Assembly: GCA_000091205.1 (NCBI GenBank)
Contig: AP006500.2
Strand: one strand, 5' to 3'
DNA: 64,000 bases
DNA from: Cyanidioschyzon merolae
Lineage: Eukaryota
The notes beneath the pieces were generated by a model. It had not been told where the DNA came from, did no database searches, and saw only the letters and a list, made by a program, of their open reading frames with translations. Shown here piece by piece: positions 43,651 to 55,988 of the stretch. Made by a program: the position numbers and the translations under genes. Numbering within the stretch: the stretch's first letter is position 1; each line of letters begins with the position of its first letter.

Positions 43651-44692
43651 GCGGCTCGAGCAGGCAACGTACGCTCAGTGCCGCCTTTCGCTTCCTCGGT
43701 GTCGGTCTGGTACCTGGGCGCCACGAATGGGGCGCTGCAGCTCGTGTCGGAACAAGACGATATACTTTTGCTATGTAAATCGAGAGTTTATTTGCTTGAA
43801 CTGCGTGTTCCAGCCGAGGTATGAACTTTCCGTTGTGCGCTCGTACAAGGAATGGATTCGAGACTCGAGCTACGAGCAGCCTCCACGTTGTCCGTTTACC
43901 GGAGCGCCTCTCCGACACGGTGAGGAGCTGGTTCGGCTACCACCCCCTGACCTACGTGTGGTTTCCGCCGCGGGACTCGCAGCTTATCTTCGTGGGCGTT
44001 TCGGCCCGGACACAACACCAGCAGGATTCCGTTCGAACGAGCTGCCTTTCGGGTTGGTGCCGGACCCGCAGGATGACTCTGCAGTGGCGCAGCGTTTGCG
44101 GAGGTTCCTCGCGTTGCTCGGCTATGATGCAGCTCTAGCCGTAGCAGAGCCGCTGGAAGACAAACGTTCGAGTCCCGGCACCGTCTCGGCAGAGGGAGGC
44201 ACGCAAGCCGCCAGCGAGGCAACGCTGTTGGAGCGGCGCCTCCCGAGCGAGCAACGCCCGGTGTCTCGCCCGCTGGAGGCCACCACAGAGGCCGTGAGTC
44301 GCACGGCGCCGCGAACGGGCTCCAACACAACGATCGTGGTGGAGTCTCACAAAACCTCCGAGCCCGACTCCACGACAGCGATCGCTCCGGCACGGAAGCA
44401 GAACGCTGCTGGTCGTACAGCGGATAATGACAGCAAGGAACGCAAAATACGACAACAGAAAATACGGCGGTTCCTCAACTTTTTAGGTCAGAGCGCTGAA
44501 GTGCTCCCTTTGCCACATCCACGACCTAATCGTCGAAACCGTCGTCTGACGGGGCTCGCGCTGTCCTTCGGCTTCGGCGTGGGTATTTTAGTGTTTCTCG
44601 CGTACGTGGTTCGTCATGGTCTATTCAATCCGCTGGCTTTATGGGAATATGTCGTCGAAAGACGTCAGGGCATGTTGAGCGTTGAGCGTTGA
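43604..44692 (+). CDS. ZFPL1: ZFPL1-like (zinc finger protein-like 1) tail-anchored Golgi protein
   Basis: The N-terminal Zn-finger/RING-like region 'CSSCRNKTIYFCYVNREFICLNCVFQPRYELSVVRSYKEWIRDSSYEQPPRCPFTGAPL' matches the ZFPL1 pattern ('...NLFCFEHRVNVCEHCLV...CIVQSYLQWLQDSDY...C..C..PL'). There is a single C-terminal transmembrane helix, 'LALSFGFGVGILVFLAYVV'. Confidence 0.7.
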   Translation: MAHNSRKRLQSDTSPPRLEQATYAQCRLSLPRCRSGTWAPRMGRCSSCRNKTIYFCYVNREFICLNCVFQPRYELSVVRSYKEWIRDSSYEQPPRCPFTGAPLRHGEELVRLPPPDLRVVSAAGLAAYLRGRFGPDTTPAGFRSNELPFGLVPDPQDDSAVAQRLRRFLALLGYDAALAVAEPLEDKRSSPGTVSAEGGTQAASEATLLERRLPSEQRPVSRPLEATTEAVSRTAPRTGSNTTIVVESHKTSEPDSTTAIAPARKQNAAGRTADNDSKERKIRQQKIRRFLNFLGQSAEVLPLPHPRPNRRNRRLTGLALSFGFGVGILVFLAYVVRHGLFNPLALWEYVVERRQGMLSVER

Positions 44693-46249
44693 AAGCGCTA
44701 CTCGAAACAGCGAATCATCCCAGCGAATGTGTACCTCATGGAACCGTGTGCGCGCTTTTCACGCAACTGCTCGCTGCTCGCTATGCTGCCCAGACTGCAC
44801 ATAGCGCGTTGCCTCGAGCAGTATGCCCATATTCGCTCGATATACGAATGGCGACCTGTTCAAGGGCGAAGCGCAAGCTCCCGGCGTACGCGCTCTTCGT
44901 CAAGTGCGTCACGGCGGTCTCGTATGTGCACACGCCAGCGTCAAGCTGCCCGGAGAGAGACTGCAGCGCCCTGCCGCCGTACCACAGTGGCCTCTGGGCG
45001 CCCTACTCGGGCGATAGCCATGATCGATATCAAAGCATAGCGGAAACCATGCGGTGTCGCTTGTGCTCGCGAGGCTCCAGGGAAGATTCGTATCAGTTCA
45101 TGAACAGCGGCATGTTTTTCTTGTCGCATGAGAGCACGATGCGCGAGTCACTTCATGCGCAGCGTACAGAGAAGCAGAACTGTGTTATCCGCAGTATACC
45201 GGAAGCAGGTCGTTGAGATGATGGCGATTCCCAACTTAAGCGTGGATGCTTTTTGTCTGCTTCATAGCATATTCCGATGAATCCGCATCTGCGTATCGAC
45301 CAAGGCGCGGAAGTTTGTGTGGCGTATGCTAAGCATGCTTTGGCGAGCGTATGCTTGTAGACGAGGCCCGAAGACATTGGACGCAAGCCCGCGGACGTCG
45401 CAGCTGATACGACGCGCTCTTATGGGAAATACTTGCAGGTATCATAGCGGTTGTAAAAAACCCCCAACGAGATGCCGCTGCCAATGGTCCAGACTGTTGT
45501 GTTGCGGTGGACGACACGAACGCGCGCTGCCTCCACCTGCACCCGAGTTCGGAACAGCACACAACCACAGCGTCTAGCTCTGGTTGCGCGTAACGGCCGA
45601 AGTAGCTAGCATCCTCTGCGCTTCTGGACGGACGGTTATTCTGGGATGAACCAGTTGCGCGAGAGGATTATCGCCGCTCAGAAACAGATGCTCGCACTGT
45701 AGCGCGAGTGCTGCACCTTCCGAAAAAGCGCTTGGGCCGCACTTGCCTTAAGTGGCGGTTTCCAGTGGTGCTGGGCGCCATCGAACCCTTTGGATTGTGA
45801 GCGGGAAGAGCGGCAACCATGCAGTGACTGGCAAAGTGCACGCTGCACAACAAACCGAGCCAGACACGGAGAGCGCAGCTCATGACCTGTGCTGCAGCAG
45901 TGACCCTGCCTCGCTCACAGAGCCCAACTCGTGTCCATTGGTGAGTTCTAACAGCGACCTGCCGTCAACTATGTGTTCTACAGGTGCCTGAGACACGCGC
46001 TTCAGGTCTCCGGTCAGCGCTATGCGGGTATGGCCGGTTAGTCACCGGGTACGAGCGGACTGCAACTGACCACCGTGTTGACTGCTCAACGCGAAACAGC
46101 TCTTGCGCCGGAAAGCGCTCTCTATGAACGCTTCGACCAGGTGGTATGTTCACCCTTCAGACAAGTGACGAGTTGTATGCGTATACCAGCGACTGGCCCG
46201 GAGCGTCTGGGGCCGCGGCAACCACTACCCTAGCGAGCACCGGTACCTC

Positions 46250-47335
46250 ATGGGGCGCGCGCTCCTGAACCAGGTACCAATGGAAGCGTTCTTTATCTTC
46301 CCAGAGGAGGTCCCAGAGACTGCGGGCAACATGCTCACACCATCCAGAACGACAGAGACTGCAGAGGAAGGGTCCCGGACACTGTTTACGGTGGATAGAA
46401 ACGCAGGAAACACTGGCTCAGAGCTGCCCCTACCCGCGCTATCCGACGTGCTCACGGCGACCTCGCTGCAAGTAGATCACTCGCTGGAGAACATCGATGA
46501 AGAGATAGGATGCGGAGGAATCCCTGAAGCAAGCGCAGTAGGCCATGGCATTTCAGTCGATATAGATGCACTGGACCTCTACCTGGATATGCGGGACGGC
46601 ACGCAAACCACAGCGTCAGAGCGTCGCGCTCAGGTCGATAACGCGGAAGATTCAATAGCATCGGTAAGAGAAGTCTCGATAGATCAGCCCGAGCATTCAA
46701 GAGCCCGTTTGCTATCATGGTGTCGGAGGACGGCCCTACTAGCTCGAAACTTGGCGCTGGAATATGACGGCCCGTACAAGGATCTCGTGCGTCTGCAGGC
46801 TCACTGCTTAGCGAATCAAGTTGAGCAGCTATGGGCCGAATCGCCGTGCCGGCACGAAGCGAGAGCACCTGTCGCAACGAGACACTCAGTGAGTGCGTCG
46901 GCTTCACTGGCAACTGCTAGCGCAGCTGAACCCCGCGATACACTGTATCGATTACCGACGAATGTTGTCCAGGGTGCCTGTGATGCGTCCGCATCCGATT
47001 CGAACACTTGCTCGAAACAAGGAACTGCGGCACGATGCAAGCGGAAACGGCGGAGCTTCGGCGGGATTCACGGATATCAAGCGCGAGCAACGAAGCACCG
47101 AACACGAGCGTCTACGAACGAGTATGCCAGCCGCATTCTGAAGCAGTGGCTCCTCGATCACTTTCTAAACCCGTACCCCGGTGATGAGGAGAAGCATCAG
47201 CTCATGAGGCGAACTGGTCTCACGTACAATCAACTCAACAACTGGTTTATTAACGCTCGCGTCCGTCTTTGGAAGCCGCTGGTTGACGCCTTGGCGTGCA
47301 AACGGCAACGGCAGCAGGAGCAGCCGGGTACTTGA
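46250..47335 (+). CDS. TALE-class homeobox protein, BELL-like
   Basis: The C-terminal homeodomain reads '[55 protein letters not shown]'. It matches the BELL-type consensus ('...[48 protein letters not shown]'). Confidence 0.7.
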   Translation: MGRALLNQVPMEAFFIFPEEVPETAGNMLTPSRTTETAEEGSRTLFTVDRNAGNTGSELPLPALSDVLTATSLQVDHSLENIDEEIGCGGIPEASAVGHGISVDIDALDLYLDMRDGTQTTASERRAQVDNAEDSIASVREVSIDQPEHSRARLLSWCRRTALLARNLALEYDGPYKDLVRLQAHCLANQVEQLWAESPCRHEARAPVATRHSVSASASLATASAAEPRDTLYRLPTNVVQGACDASASDSNTCSKQGTAARCKRKRRSFGGIHGYQARATKHRTRASTNEYASRILKQWLLDHFLNPYPGDEEKHQLMRRTGLTYNQLNNWFINARVRLWKPLVDALACKRQRQQEQPGT

Positions 47336-47729
47336 CGTTCATTCGTGTCGGCAGCTCGGCAGCACGAGCGCTAGTCAGAACGGCGCTTGCACCCAGAAAC
47401 GCGCTTGAACGACAGAAATATTTGTTAAGCGAGCAATGGGGTCTCGCTTGCCAAACCAGCCGGAGCAATGTTCGGTTGTTGGCGAACTCTACACCCGTGT
47501 CAGAGTAAAATGGGACACTGAACCGCTCGCTCTCTTCATTCCCATGGATTTTCTTACGACAGATCTTAGATGTCCAGCATCGACGTGAGCAGTGCGGCAG
47601 TACGAGATGATGGACTCATGCGTACTTTAAGGATGCTTGGACGTCTTTTCGGAGCGACTTGCCCGAGTGTATGTCGCAGGGATTCGGTACGGCATTGTCG
47701 TACTGATGGTCCTCGCCACCCTCGAACGA

Positions 47730-48160
47730 GGGTTCGTAATCTAACCGATACCGTTGTTCAATGCATAGGTACAGGCCTCCGCTGCCTCAAGTTTCTAGCG
47801 TGAAACATGTTCAAATCACGCATTCTTCAAGGTTTCGATCTTTGTGTTTCAAGTCGTGGATACAGTAAATCCGCCTTCGGATTCACGACGAACAAAAGCT
47901 CCATGTCGCGCCTCAACGACTTGTTCACAGGCGCGTACCCAAAGTCCACTGGACTTGGAACCTCAAATAATAACCGATTCCAGTCGATAGACAAATCATC
48001 GTTTCTTGCTGACGATTCGCGAAACCGGATTCCACAGTAGCAGGACGCTTCTCGACAGATTTGTTTCCAGTGGCTCCAGTTTCTTCTGTTTGCACGGGAA
48101 AGGGCCTTAAATTCAGAACTGAGTCATCACAGCGATCGATTCCAGCTGAGCATACGTCAC
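47730..48160 (+). repeat. Dispersed repeat family 2, copy 3
   Basis: 'ctaaccgataccgttgttcaatgcataggta...gtgaaacatgttcaaatcacgcattcttcaaggtttcgatctttgtgtttcaagtcg'. An ORF at 47807-48040 begins 'MFKSRILQGFDLCVSS...'. Confidence 0.65.
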
Positions 48161-49015
48161 CTCTTTGCAACAAAACAGCGTAGACCGATCGACATTTCTC
48201 GACTTGTTCTTCAACCTGGATTTTCCTTCCGGTACTTTTTTTCATCTCGGATAACATTGCATTCCGCAAATCCTCGATCGAATGCGACGCAGTGCGCTAG
48301 CGTATGCAGCGGACAGTGTACTCGCCCAGGGCATGTATCCGAACTGGCGCGTGTGAACGTCGGGCACGGCACCGGGCGCGGAAACGGTGGCCTGCATCGA
48401 GGCGCGCCTTGTGTTCGCGTCAAGCTCATGTACCGAACGATAAAGCAAGCGCTCACGCTCCACAGAACGGATACCAGAGGCGGAGGAGAACCTGTGATGG
48501 GCGTGCCAGAGAACATCACCCCAGCTCAATATCACCGCCGCAATGGGTGCACCGCGGCTTCATACGAAAGAAGATGAACATGGCAAGCGAGACGTAGATT
48601 GCAAGTTTCGTCGATACATGGAATTCGTCAACAGCAGCCGGAATCAACGACATCGGGACATGAACGCTGCCAGCAACAGCCTTTAAATACTAACAACACG
48701 GTACACGATAGAACCTATGCAGCAACCAGTATATCCCAGAGCACGTATGGAGTTTGGGGCTTGGAAGCAGGGCGCGGAATCATGTATGCTTCACCGCGCG
48801 CTGATATCGAGCGCACTGTCGGGGAACGCTAGCGTGCTTCAACGTTTTTGTCACAGAAACAAGAATGCTGACAACGGGACTGGAGGGAAACGATAGACCG
48901 GCGTATTCAAATCCGGAGAAAACGTGTTGAAAAGGAAGCATTCGCAGAGAACGCCCTCCTAGACGAGAACTGATGACACTGGGAACAGATCCAGACTTTA
49001 GCATGTACGCTTTCG

Positions 49016-49912
49016 TCAGCAAAAGTGGACCCCTTCCATTTTATTCTTATATAGATGTAGGCCCGGGCTGCGCGGAACACGCGCACCCCCGCCCGGGTTT
49101 CGAACCTGCATCGTGCATGTGCGACGAGGAACCTTGTACCATTTCCGCCATCCAAGGGCGAGGTTTAAAACACACAACAGGTACGCAGTGCTGCAAACGC
49201 TGTTCTCGGAAGCATCGCTCGGGCAACAGCGTTCCCACATGGAGAGCGGGAACGTCCCTCCGCCACCTCCTTGGGAACAGTGCCTTTCGCAGTGCGCTGC
49301 TTTGAAACACCACAGGGACGGATACGGCTTGCCGCAAATCACTCCAGTTTGAACCGCACTCGGATTCGGGTTCCACGCAGGTACGCGGACCCTCCGTCGA
49401 AACCCCAATGAGCGTACGCAATGCAGCGCTGTGGCGTTCTCCCGCAGCACCCCAACATGACCAGCACTGCCAGACAGTCCCAACTTGCGGCCACAAGCGT
49501 TGCAGGTACCCGTATTGTCGCGACGCGTTTCGACCGGATAGCCTCCCTGGATATGATGCTTTCGAACAAAAGCACTCAATTCCGATGCGCCGCAGTTAGC
49601 ACAGCCCCGCGAACGGATGCTCGCAGCAGCACATATGCGGCGGCCTTGGGCCCAATACCACGGGGTATGTCTGGGCGATTCCACTGCCGGACACTGTACT
49701 GGCTCGTTGTGCATTGGACAAATGCGAACCGACGCAACGAAGCGCACTTGCTTGCGACATGGAATGCGTACCACTGAATGGCGGCAACTGGTGCGACCCG
49801 TCGCTGCACTTACATGTTCGCCTCCAGGAATATTCTCTGCAGAATTGTTTGAGGCGGACAGACGCGTATGCACCTGCAGTAGCGAAGATGAGCCAGACAA
49901 GTGCCGATCCAT
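49016..49912 (-). CDS. Possible Cys-rich (zinc-binding?) hypothetical protein
   Basis: A 298-aa ORF with clustered CxxC pairs ('CANCGAS...CNACGRKLG', 'CGKPYPSLWCFKAAHCERHC'). ORFs of similar length overlap on the other strand, so coding status is uncertain. Confidence 0.2.
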   Translation of the reverse strand: MDRHLSGSSSLLQVHTRLSASNNSAENIPGGEHVSAATGRTSCRHSVVRIPCRKQVRFVASVRICPMHNEPVQCPAVESPRHTPWYWAQGRRICAAASIRSRGCANCGASELSAFVRKHHIQGGYPVETRRDNTGTCNACGRKLGLSGSAGHVGVLRENATALHCVRSLGFRRRVRVPAWNPNPSAVQTGVICGKPYPSLWCFKAAHCERHCSQGGGGGTFPLSMWERCCPSDASENSVCSTAYLLCVLNLALGWRKWYKVPRRTCTMQVRNPGGGARVPRSPGLHLYKNKMEGVHFC

Positions 49913-50493
49913 GGTTCGTACCAGCGACTTGGATGATGTTTTTGCGGCTTTCCACGCTCGAACACGGGAGATGCGCTCTCATCTCGACGGCACAGTGCTG
50001 GTTGGTAGCCACGGATGCTGTACCACGAGCCAGGTCCGCCTGATTCTCCAGCTACATAGAGACTGCGCTGACCGCTCCGCACAAAACTTTCTTCGGCAAG
50101 TGCGAGTCGCGAAGCTCAGCTCCATGGCGCTTATCTAACGCGATTTGCAGGAACATGACGCGGAACGGAAACTGTTCGTAGTATACAGAATGGCGCGAAC
50201 ACGCTGCGCTCAGCGCCAGCGTGTCGAATGCCAAACCGGAAGCGGCATCTGGCAACGCACGCTGAACACAAGTGCAACCAGAACAGGGTTCTTCACTAAT
50301 GCGGGAATTCTCTCACATATACACACATCGCCCAGAGGACACGCTTTCGAGAGTGACACGGCGCGTGGACGCGTCGACGTGTCGGTCGCGTGGCGGTAGC
50401 ACAGGCCTCTGCTGGGCAGCCAAACTGCGCGCGTGTGCTCGAGTACACACGTTCTCCCTCTGCAAGTCGACCTTATGTTCCTTCGTTCATGAA

Positions 50494-51219
50494 CTAGGCA
50501 GCTTTCTCGAAACGACCGTACTGCATTTCATAGACTTGATCGTACGCTCCAAGGCGGATGCGAACTGGGCCTGCATCTGCTTTCGGTGTTGAAGAACACG
50601 TCAGAATGAACCCCTCTTTCCGAATGTTCGCATCCAGCGCTGCGAACGGGTCCTCCACGTCCCCTGAGAGAAGCCAGGCAGCGCACGTAGTGCAGACGCC
50701 AGCTCTGCACGAGCTTGGAACCTCTGTCCATAAACCGCTTGCCTCAACCGCTTCCAGGATACTCTGTCCAGGTTGACAACGAACCACCTCCGTTCGGTCC
50801 TGGTACTCTACGGTGATTTCGATCGCTCCGTCCGCTCCCGCTTTCTCGTTCAGACTCGCAGTTGCGCGCAGTTTGCGTAGCGCTGCACGCCGCACGCCCA
50901 GCTGCTTGTGTGCCCAGCACGCCGGTCTCCGCGGCAAGGCTCGGACGGTTTCCCAGCGAGTTGCAAACATTCCAGTCAGTTGCTTCCAGCTGCGATGCGA
51001 GCTCGTCGTTTGTCCTACTAACCAAGGTTGGCACCCAGCCACAAACATTGGACGTGTTTGACTCATGGTGGCTCGTATACATACACTCGCCTGTGAGGAG
51101 CAGCGCAGTCGCCGTGCGCCGCATGCGCACCCCGTAGGTTGGCGCATGCGCTCACTCTGTCCATCAAGGAATCCATGAATCATTCCTCTATTCGACGACT
51201 CGATCCGTGAATCGTTCAT
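50494..51219 (-). CDS. Plant-type [2Fe-2S] ferredoxin-like protein with an N-terminal extension
   Basis: The C-terminus reads '...ITVEYQDRTEVVRCQPGQSILEAVEASGLWTEVPSSCRAGVCTTCAAWLLSGDVED...EGFILTCSSTPKADAGPVRIRL'. The cysteine spacing C-x4-C-x2-C...C is typical of 2Fe-2S ferredoxins. Confidence 0.75.
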   Translation of the reverse strand: MNDSRIESSNRGMIHGFLDGQSERMRQPTGCACGARRLRCSSQASVCIRATMSQTRPMFVAGCQPWLVGQTTSSHRSWKQLTGMFATRWETVRALPRRPACWAHKQLGVRRAALRKLRATASLNEKAGADGAIEITVEYQDRTEVVRCQPGQSILEAVEASGLWTEVPSSCRAGVCTTCAAWLLSGDVEDPFAALDANIRKEGFILTCSSTPKADAGPVRIRLGAYDQVYEMQYGRFEKAA

Positions 51220-51816
51220 TCATAGGATCAATATGTCCATGATTCAGTCATTCTTTTATTCTGCGCTGCATACGGCATCAGCACAAGCGAAGCGCGGCGC
51301 TCAGCGCCGCCTTCCAGCAGCGCGTGCGTCGTCGAAGCGCAGCGCACCGAACGGTGTTGTTGTAACGATACCGCCGCTTCACGGACGGCAACGCAACACC
51401 GTGCTGTGACGACGTGAGCGATGCCAGCAAAGCCAAACATCCGTCTCAGAGGTCAGATCGAGTACTTTGTTTCTCCGTATGAGCAGCGAATTTTTGCGGA
51501 CTGGTTCGATCCCAAGTTGGTTCTAACAAAGCTCCAACGGAAAGTCAGCGAGAATGCGAAAGACGTTTTACCCGCCTTCTTTGTGCTCGTTGGCACAATA
51601 TATTTGGGAGACAAACTCCACGAAGAAGAGGCCAAACGGCACCGCTTTTAAAGAGGAAACTCGAGGGACTATGTCTTCGAGTGTGTGCAAGCGCTGGTCG
51701 CGTTCATCTCGGGGTGCGCAGGGAGCAGTCGCTGCTCGCTTTTTATGTTCACGGTGACCCCGGGGCGCACCGCGCAGAGTGGCGTCGTTTCCGCCGATTG
51801 CAAACCCAGCGCGTGC

Positions 51817-52470
51817 TTATTTTAGAGCGAGGGTAGCGCCGAACTGTTTCAAACGGTCAACGAGAGCCTCGGCCTCGTTTTTGGGCACGGCACTTTTGAT
51901 GACCTTGGGTGCAGCCTCAACGAGTTCTTTGGCCTCTTTCAGGCCGAGTCCTAAAGCAGAGCGAACTTCTTTAATAACCTGAATCTTTTTCGCCGCATCA
52001 TATTTTTCCAAGACGACGTCGAACTCGGACTTTTCTTCCGTCTTCTCTGCAGAACCAGTAGCAGCTGCCTGTGCACCAGCAGCGGCGTTGCCTGCAGTGA
52101 ACATAGCCTGCTGCATCGCGGCCAGTGCTGCTGGTGTCAGGGCACCGCCTCCGAGGGCTGGAGTGCCCTCGATCCCCAAACGCGATCGAAGCACATCGCT
52201 TAACTGCTTGGCTTGCAGTAGGTTCAGAGATAAGATTTCGTCTGCCAGACGCCCGACCCGCTCGTCGACAGGATCGTGGCGCGCGTCTCCGCTTTCGGTG
52301 ACATTCGGCTGCGTCTTGACGTGAGGAGCAGCCTGCGCAGAGACAGTGCTCCATCGTCTGCCGTCGTGTCGCCAGGAGAGACACAGCTGTGTCGACCGTC
52401 GCCCGCAGAAGAGCGTCGGTGCGAGGTACCGCACACACTGGGCAGCCTTTGCCAAGCGTGTGCCAGGCAT
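51817..52470 (-). CDS. rplL: Organellar ribosomal protein L7/L12 (bL12)
   Basis: The C-terminal domain '[76 protein letters not shown]' is a near-canonical bL12 CTD. It has an N-terminal oligomerisation helix, an Ala-rich hinge and a presequence. Confidence 0.8.
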   Translation of the reverse strand: MPGTRLAKAAQCVRYLAPTLFCGRRSTQLCLSWRHDGRRWSTVSAQAAPHVKTQPNVTESGDARHDPVDERVGRLADEILSLNLLQAKQLSDVLRSRLGIEGTPALGGGALTPAALAAMQQAMFTAGNAAAGAQAAATGSAEKTEEKSEFDVVLEKYDAAKKIQVIKEVRSALGLGLKEAKELVEAAPKVIKSAVPKNEAEALVDRLKQFGATLALK

Positions 52471-53664
52471 CGCTGTACGAAAGCCTACGGTGTGCTGCTC
52501 TTAGCCAGAAGCGGAAGCGGCGTGTGGAAAATGCAGGCGCGGCGCCCTGGAAAGGCGCTTTGGTCATTCGCGCGACGCCCGGTGATTTCTATGAAAACGA
52601 GGGCTGCAATTGTTGCAGGCGGCGTGGATCGCGCTGCCCAGTAGCATCGCCGGTAGAATAGTAAACGAGAATCTCTGGATGTTCATCGAGATCGAGACAT
52701 TACTCAGAAGCGAGTCTTCATCGTTTCAAGTGCGCTAATCTCGATCAGATGATTCGCCAGCGTCATTCGGCAGTCGGTGCAGCAGACAAGGGGTGCAGTT
52801 TCCAACGAAATCGTTGAACACTGCGTCTGCGACACGGTCAGGCGTGCTGTCCCCACTGGCTGTCTTCTTGAAGATGCTCGCGAATATGCCCTGCTGACAG
52901 ACACCAGCGATGCTTGTGAGCACAACCCCGCCAGCTGACCAAACATTGGCGAGCAAGTGGGCGCGCTCCCGACGAATCCTATTCGCGTGGATCGGCGAAG
53001 CGTCAGTCTTTTGAAAACGCTCCCGAAAGCAGCGTCATTTGGCGAGCATCCGCCCATCCACTGGGATGAGGCCCCTCATTATGAACGTCATTCTCCCCGA
53101 TGATCATCGTCTGTACGGCACGCACAAACGACACCTTTTGCGGACCTGATCCCGTGGTCGTCGAGAACAAGATACGATGGAGACCTGATCCCCTGGCGAG
53201 TGGACCAAGCGCAGGTAATGCGGCACGACAGGTGCCAATACTCGGGTGTTTGACGCTGGCCTGGTGATGCAGGATCTCGTCCACGAGAACACTGGACGCC
53301 TGTCGATTGCACGCCGGGTCCCGGGGTTACGCACCGAAGGCATGACGACTCCGTTTGCGCCACAAAGTCGCTAAAGTTACATTAAATTCATATTTAGTAT
53401 AGATATGTACAGGCGATGCGCGACTCGAATGGCAACCTTCGCTCCACCATAAAGTCGCTAGAGTTCCATTCAATGCCAGTTTATTCCATATATGTTCGTA
53501 CTGCAAATCGTCAGGCAAGCGTGCCCAGAATCGCCACAGGGTGCTATCAACCAGCATTGGCTTGCGAGCCGGTTACCGTCGATAGCACGTCTGCCTGTGT
53601 GTGAAAACGACTGACCAGGAGCGGGTACCGTGTTGGCTGCCAGTTCCCGTACCTCTATGGGGTT

Positions 53665-55575
53665 ATGAACGGTACACGAGTCTTCCAACGGGAACATCTG
53701 CGAAGTAGCACGGAGCAAATAGCATCCGCTGTAGGTCCGCCTGGCGGGATACCGGCGAACGCCCGGCGACTCCAGACGCTCAGGTTGCAACGCGTCGCGG
53801 CAACCGCTCCTGGTGCGGAGCCAGACACAGGCGAGCGCCGACAATTATTCGCCCAGTTCATGGCTACCAGTGTGCTGTGCGGATTTCGTTCAAGGGTGCT
53901 GCGATCACCGGGCACCTCGGTGACGAGACACGGCAGCAGCGCCGAGCCGGCTTTCCTCCTGGCTCGCCATGCGGCTTTTCTAGGAGCGCAGGCAGTCACA
54001 AGACGTGCGAACACTTGCGAGCGCGATAGGGATAGCCTGCAGCCTCTCCCCGGAAGGTATCTGCAAGGAAGTAAACGTACTTGCGTCCGCCGGCGTTGCG
54101 GACGGGAACGATTGCCGCCCCCGTGCCACTGTCAGTCGGCAGCTTTCGATGACGCACAGGCGCCCGGCGGTGAGTCGTGGCGCCCGCAACGCCCGCGTCG
54201 CGATGAACCAAAACAGCAGCAGCAGTCTGCGCATGAGACGACTGCGCGAGAAAACAAACCCCGCGCTTCGGAACGGATACCTCCTACGGAATCTCCGCCT
54301 CCAGATAAGGCGCGTCTAGACAGAGCCCATAACAACGAGTCGTCCCGTCACGCAGGCGATGGCAATGAACATGGTATTGTGGACACCGTCCCGTATGGCT
54401 GTCGATCCAGCCTACCAGAACGCCGTCCAGACCGGGAAGCAGCGCCTGATGATGCGGCCATTCAGGACAACACGAACGGCACCGAGGATACCGTTGTGGA
54501 GGATGCGTCCTCGGTGGACGCGGTTGGACAAGCGAAATCCCACGTATCGCCGTCTATCCGCGAGTCGCACCGCGCCCTCATCACTAGCCCCCAACGTGCC
54601 GCCATGTCCCTGGTGAGCGGTTTCGCCACAGCCTTGGCTTATGTGACAAGTCGCGTTGTCGATCGAGCGCTGGGACCAGGCACCGCAGCGTCCGTGCAGA
54701 GCTTTCTTTCGCATGATCCGTCGCGGCTGCATCCCGAGCTCGCAGACCCTAGTGCTGCGTACGAGATCGAGTTCGAGGATGTGTGCAAATCATTCGAAGC
54801 GCGGCCGGTTCTCAAGGGCCTCAACCTTCGGATTCGTCGAGGAGAAGCTGTGGGCATCATGGGGCGCTCAGGGTGTGGAAAATCCACAACACTGCGACTC
54901 ATTGCGGGCTTTGAATTACCGGATTCTGGGAGCGTTCGCATCCGCGGATGGACGCGAGACGAGCCCATCCAATATGAGCTGGGACCAATCAAAATCGGTA
55001 TGGTGTTCCAACATGCTGCACTCTTCGATTCGCTCACCGTCTTTGAGAATGTAGCGTTCGAATTGGAACATAACACCGACCTTGAGGACGATGAAATTGA
55101 AAAGGCTGTCGATATCATCCTCAGTCGCCTAGGTCTGCGGGATACCCGCGATCTTCTACCAAACCAGCTGAGTGGCGGCATGCGGAAACGCGTAAGCCTT
55201 GCTCGGAGCCTGGTCTCGGATTTAGGTAAGGGTGCCAAACCTTTACCCGACGTACTGCTGTATGATGAACCCACTGCCGGCCTCGATCCAATTGCATGTA
55301 CTCGAATCGAGAATCTGATTCGAGAGGTCCGCGAAACCGTTCCGACGTGTATAGTTGTTTCGCATCAGCTCTCAACCATTCAGCGCACCGTTGATCGAGT
55401 GGTGCTTCTGCACGGCGGCCGTATTCGCTGGGACGGACCGGTGTCGGACCTGGGGCACACCGACAACCCGTTCGTTCGCCAGCTACTCTCTGGCGACGAA
55501 AACGGCCCCATGAGTGGACCCGAATTCGACCCGGACTCATCGCTCTATGTACCCGAAGACATACAGGACGCCTGA
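53665..55575 (+). CDS. ABC transporter ATP-binding protein (MlaF / TGD3-like); the true start is uncertain
   Basis: Walker A 'GIMGRSGCGKST', Q-loop, signature 'LSGGMRKRVSLARSL', Walker B 'LLYDEPTAGLD' and H-loop 'VVSHQ' all lie in the last ~270 aa. The ABC domain begins near 54775. The upstream ~370 aa of ORF are low-complexity and may be a transit peptide and extension, or non-coding. Confidence 0.8.
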   Translation: MNGTRVFQREHLRSSTEQIASAVGPPGGIPANARRLQTLRLQRVAATAPGAEPDTGERRQLFAQFMATSVLCGFRSRVLRSPGTSVTRHGSSAEPAFLLARHAAFLGAQAVTRRANTCERDRDSLQPLPGRYLQGSKRTCVRRRCGRERLPPPCHCQSAAFDDAQAPGGESWRPQRPRRDEPKQQQQSAHETTARENKPRASERIPPTESPPPDKARLDRAHNNESSRHAGDGNEHGIVDTVPYGCRSSLPERRPDREAAPDDAAIQDNTNGTEDTVVEDASSVDAVGQAKSHVSPSIRESHRALITSPQRAAMSLVSGFATALAYVTSRVVDRALGPGTAASVQSFLSHDPSRLHPELADPSAAYEIEFEDVCKSFEARPVLKGLNLRIRRGEAVGIMGRSGCGKSTTLRLIAGFELPDSGSVRIRGWTRDEPIQYELGPIKIGMVFQHAALFDSLTVFENVAFELEHNTDLEDDEIEKAVDIILSRLGLRDTRDLLPNQLSGGMRKRVSLARSLVSDLGKGAKPLPDVLLYDEPTAGLDPIACTRIENLIREVRETVPTCIVVSHQLSTIQRTVDRVVLLHGGRIRWDGPVSDLGHTDNPFVRQLLSGDENGPMSGPEFDPDSSLYVPEDIQDA

Positions 55576-55988
55576 GACCCGAATCCGCCCAGGGATGTTG
55601 CAGTGCGCGTCAACAAACCGCCAATGTTCATGAGGAATCGATCTGCATGTCGCGTGCTGCCTCGTGGAGCATACCAGCGTTGCCACCGCACGCAATTTGT
55701 TGGCGTCCTGACATGCACTGGGACGCATCCAGCATCAAAACGTCGTTCTGGACGATTCTTGAGGCGGTACCCTCGCGAATACCATCCTCAGACAAGCTCC
55801 ATCGCTAGCGTCTCTGTGCCTCGGGAGACGCGTCCACGAAACGATCCCGCTGCGCTGCAGCGATTCTGATGCTGTGGTACGAACGATGTCGGATGCAGCT
55901 TGTCGATATGCATCGCGCATCATCGCGGGTGCCCTGATTCACGTCGACGAGCGTAGAGTGTCCGCACAAGGTGATATCCGATGCTGCT

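Noticed and set aside
49085-49110. 'cccgggtttcgaacctg' resembling a minus-strand tRNA T-arm
   Set aside because: Attempted folding of the reverse complement gives no paired T-stem and no D-arm or anticodon arm context.
51490-51515. A tRNA T-loop-like string, 'ctggttcgatcccaag'
   Set aside because: The flanking sequence cannot form a 5-bp T-stem or an acceptor stem. It lies inside the ORF at 51421-51651. It is not a tRNA.
51998-52567. A 189-aa minus-strand ORF overlapping the bL12 gene
   Set aside because: It is an alternative frame of the same strand. The bL12 frame (51817-52470) carries the conserved domain; this one has none.
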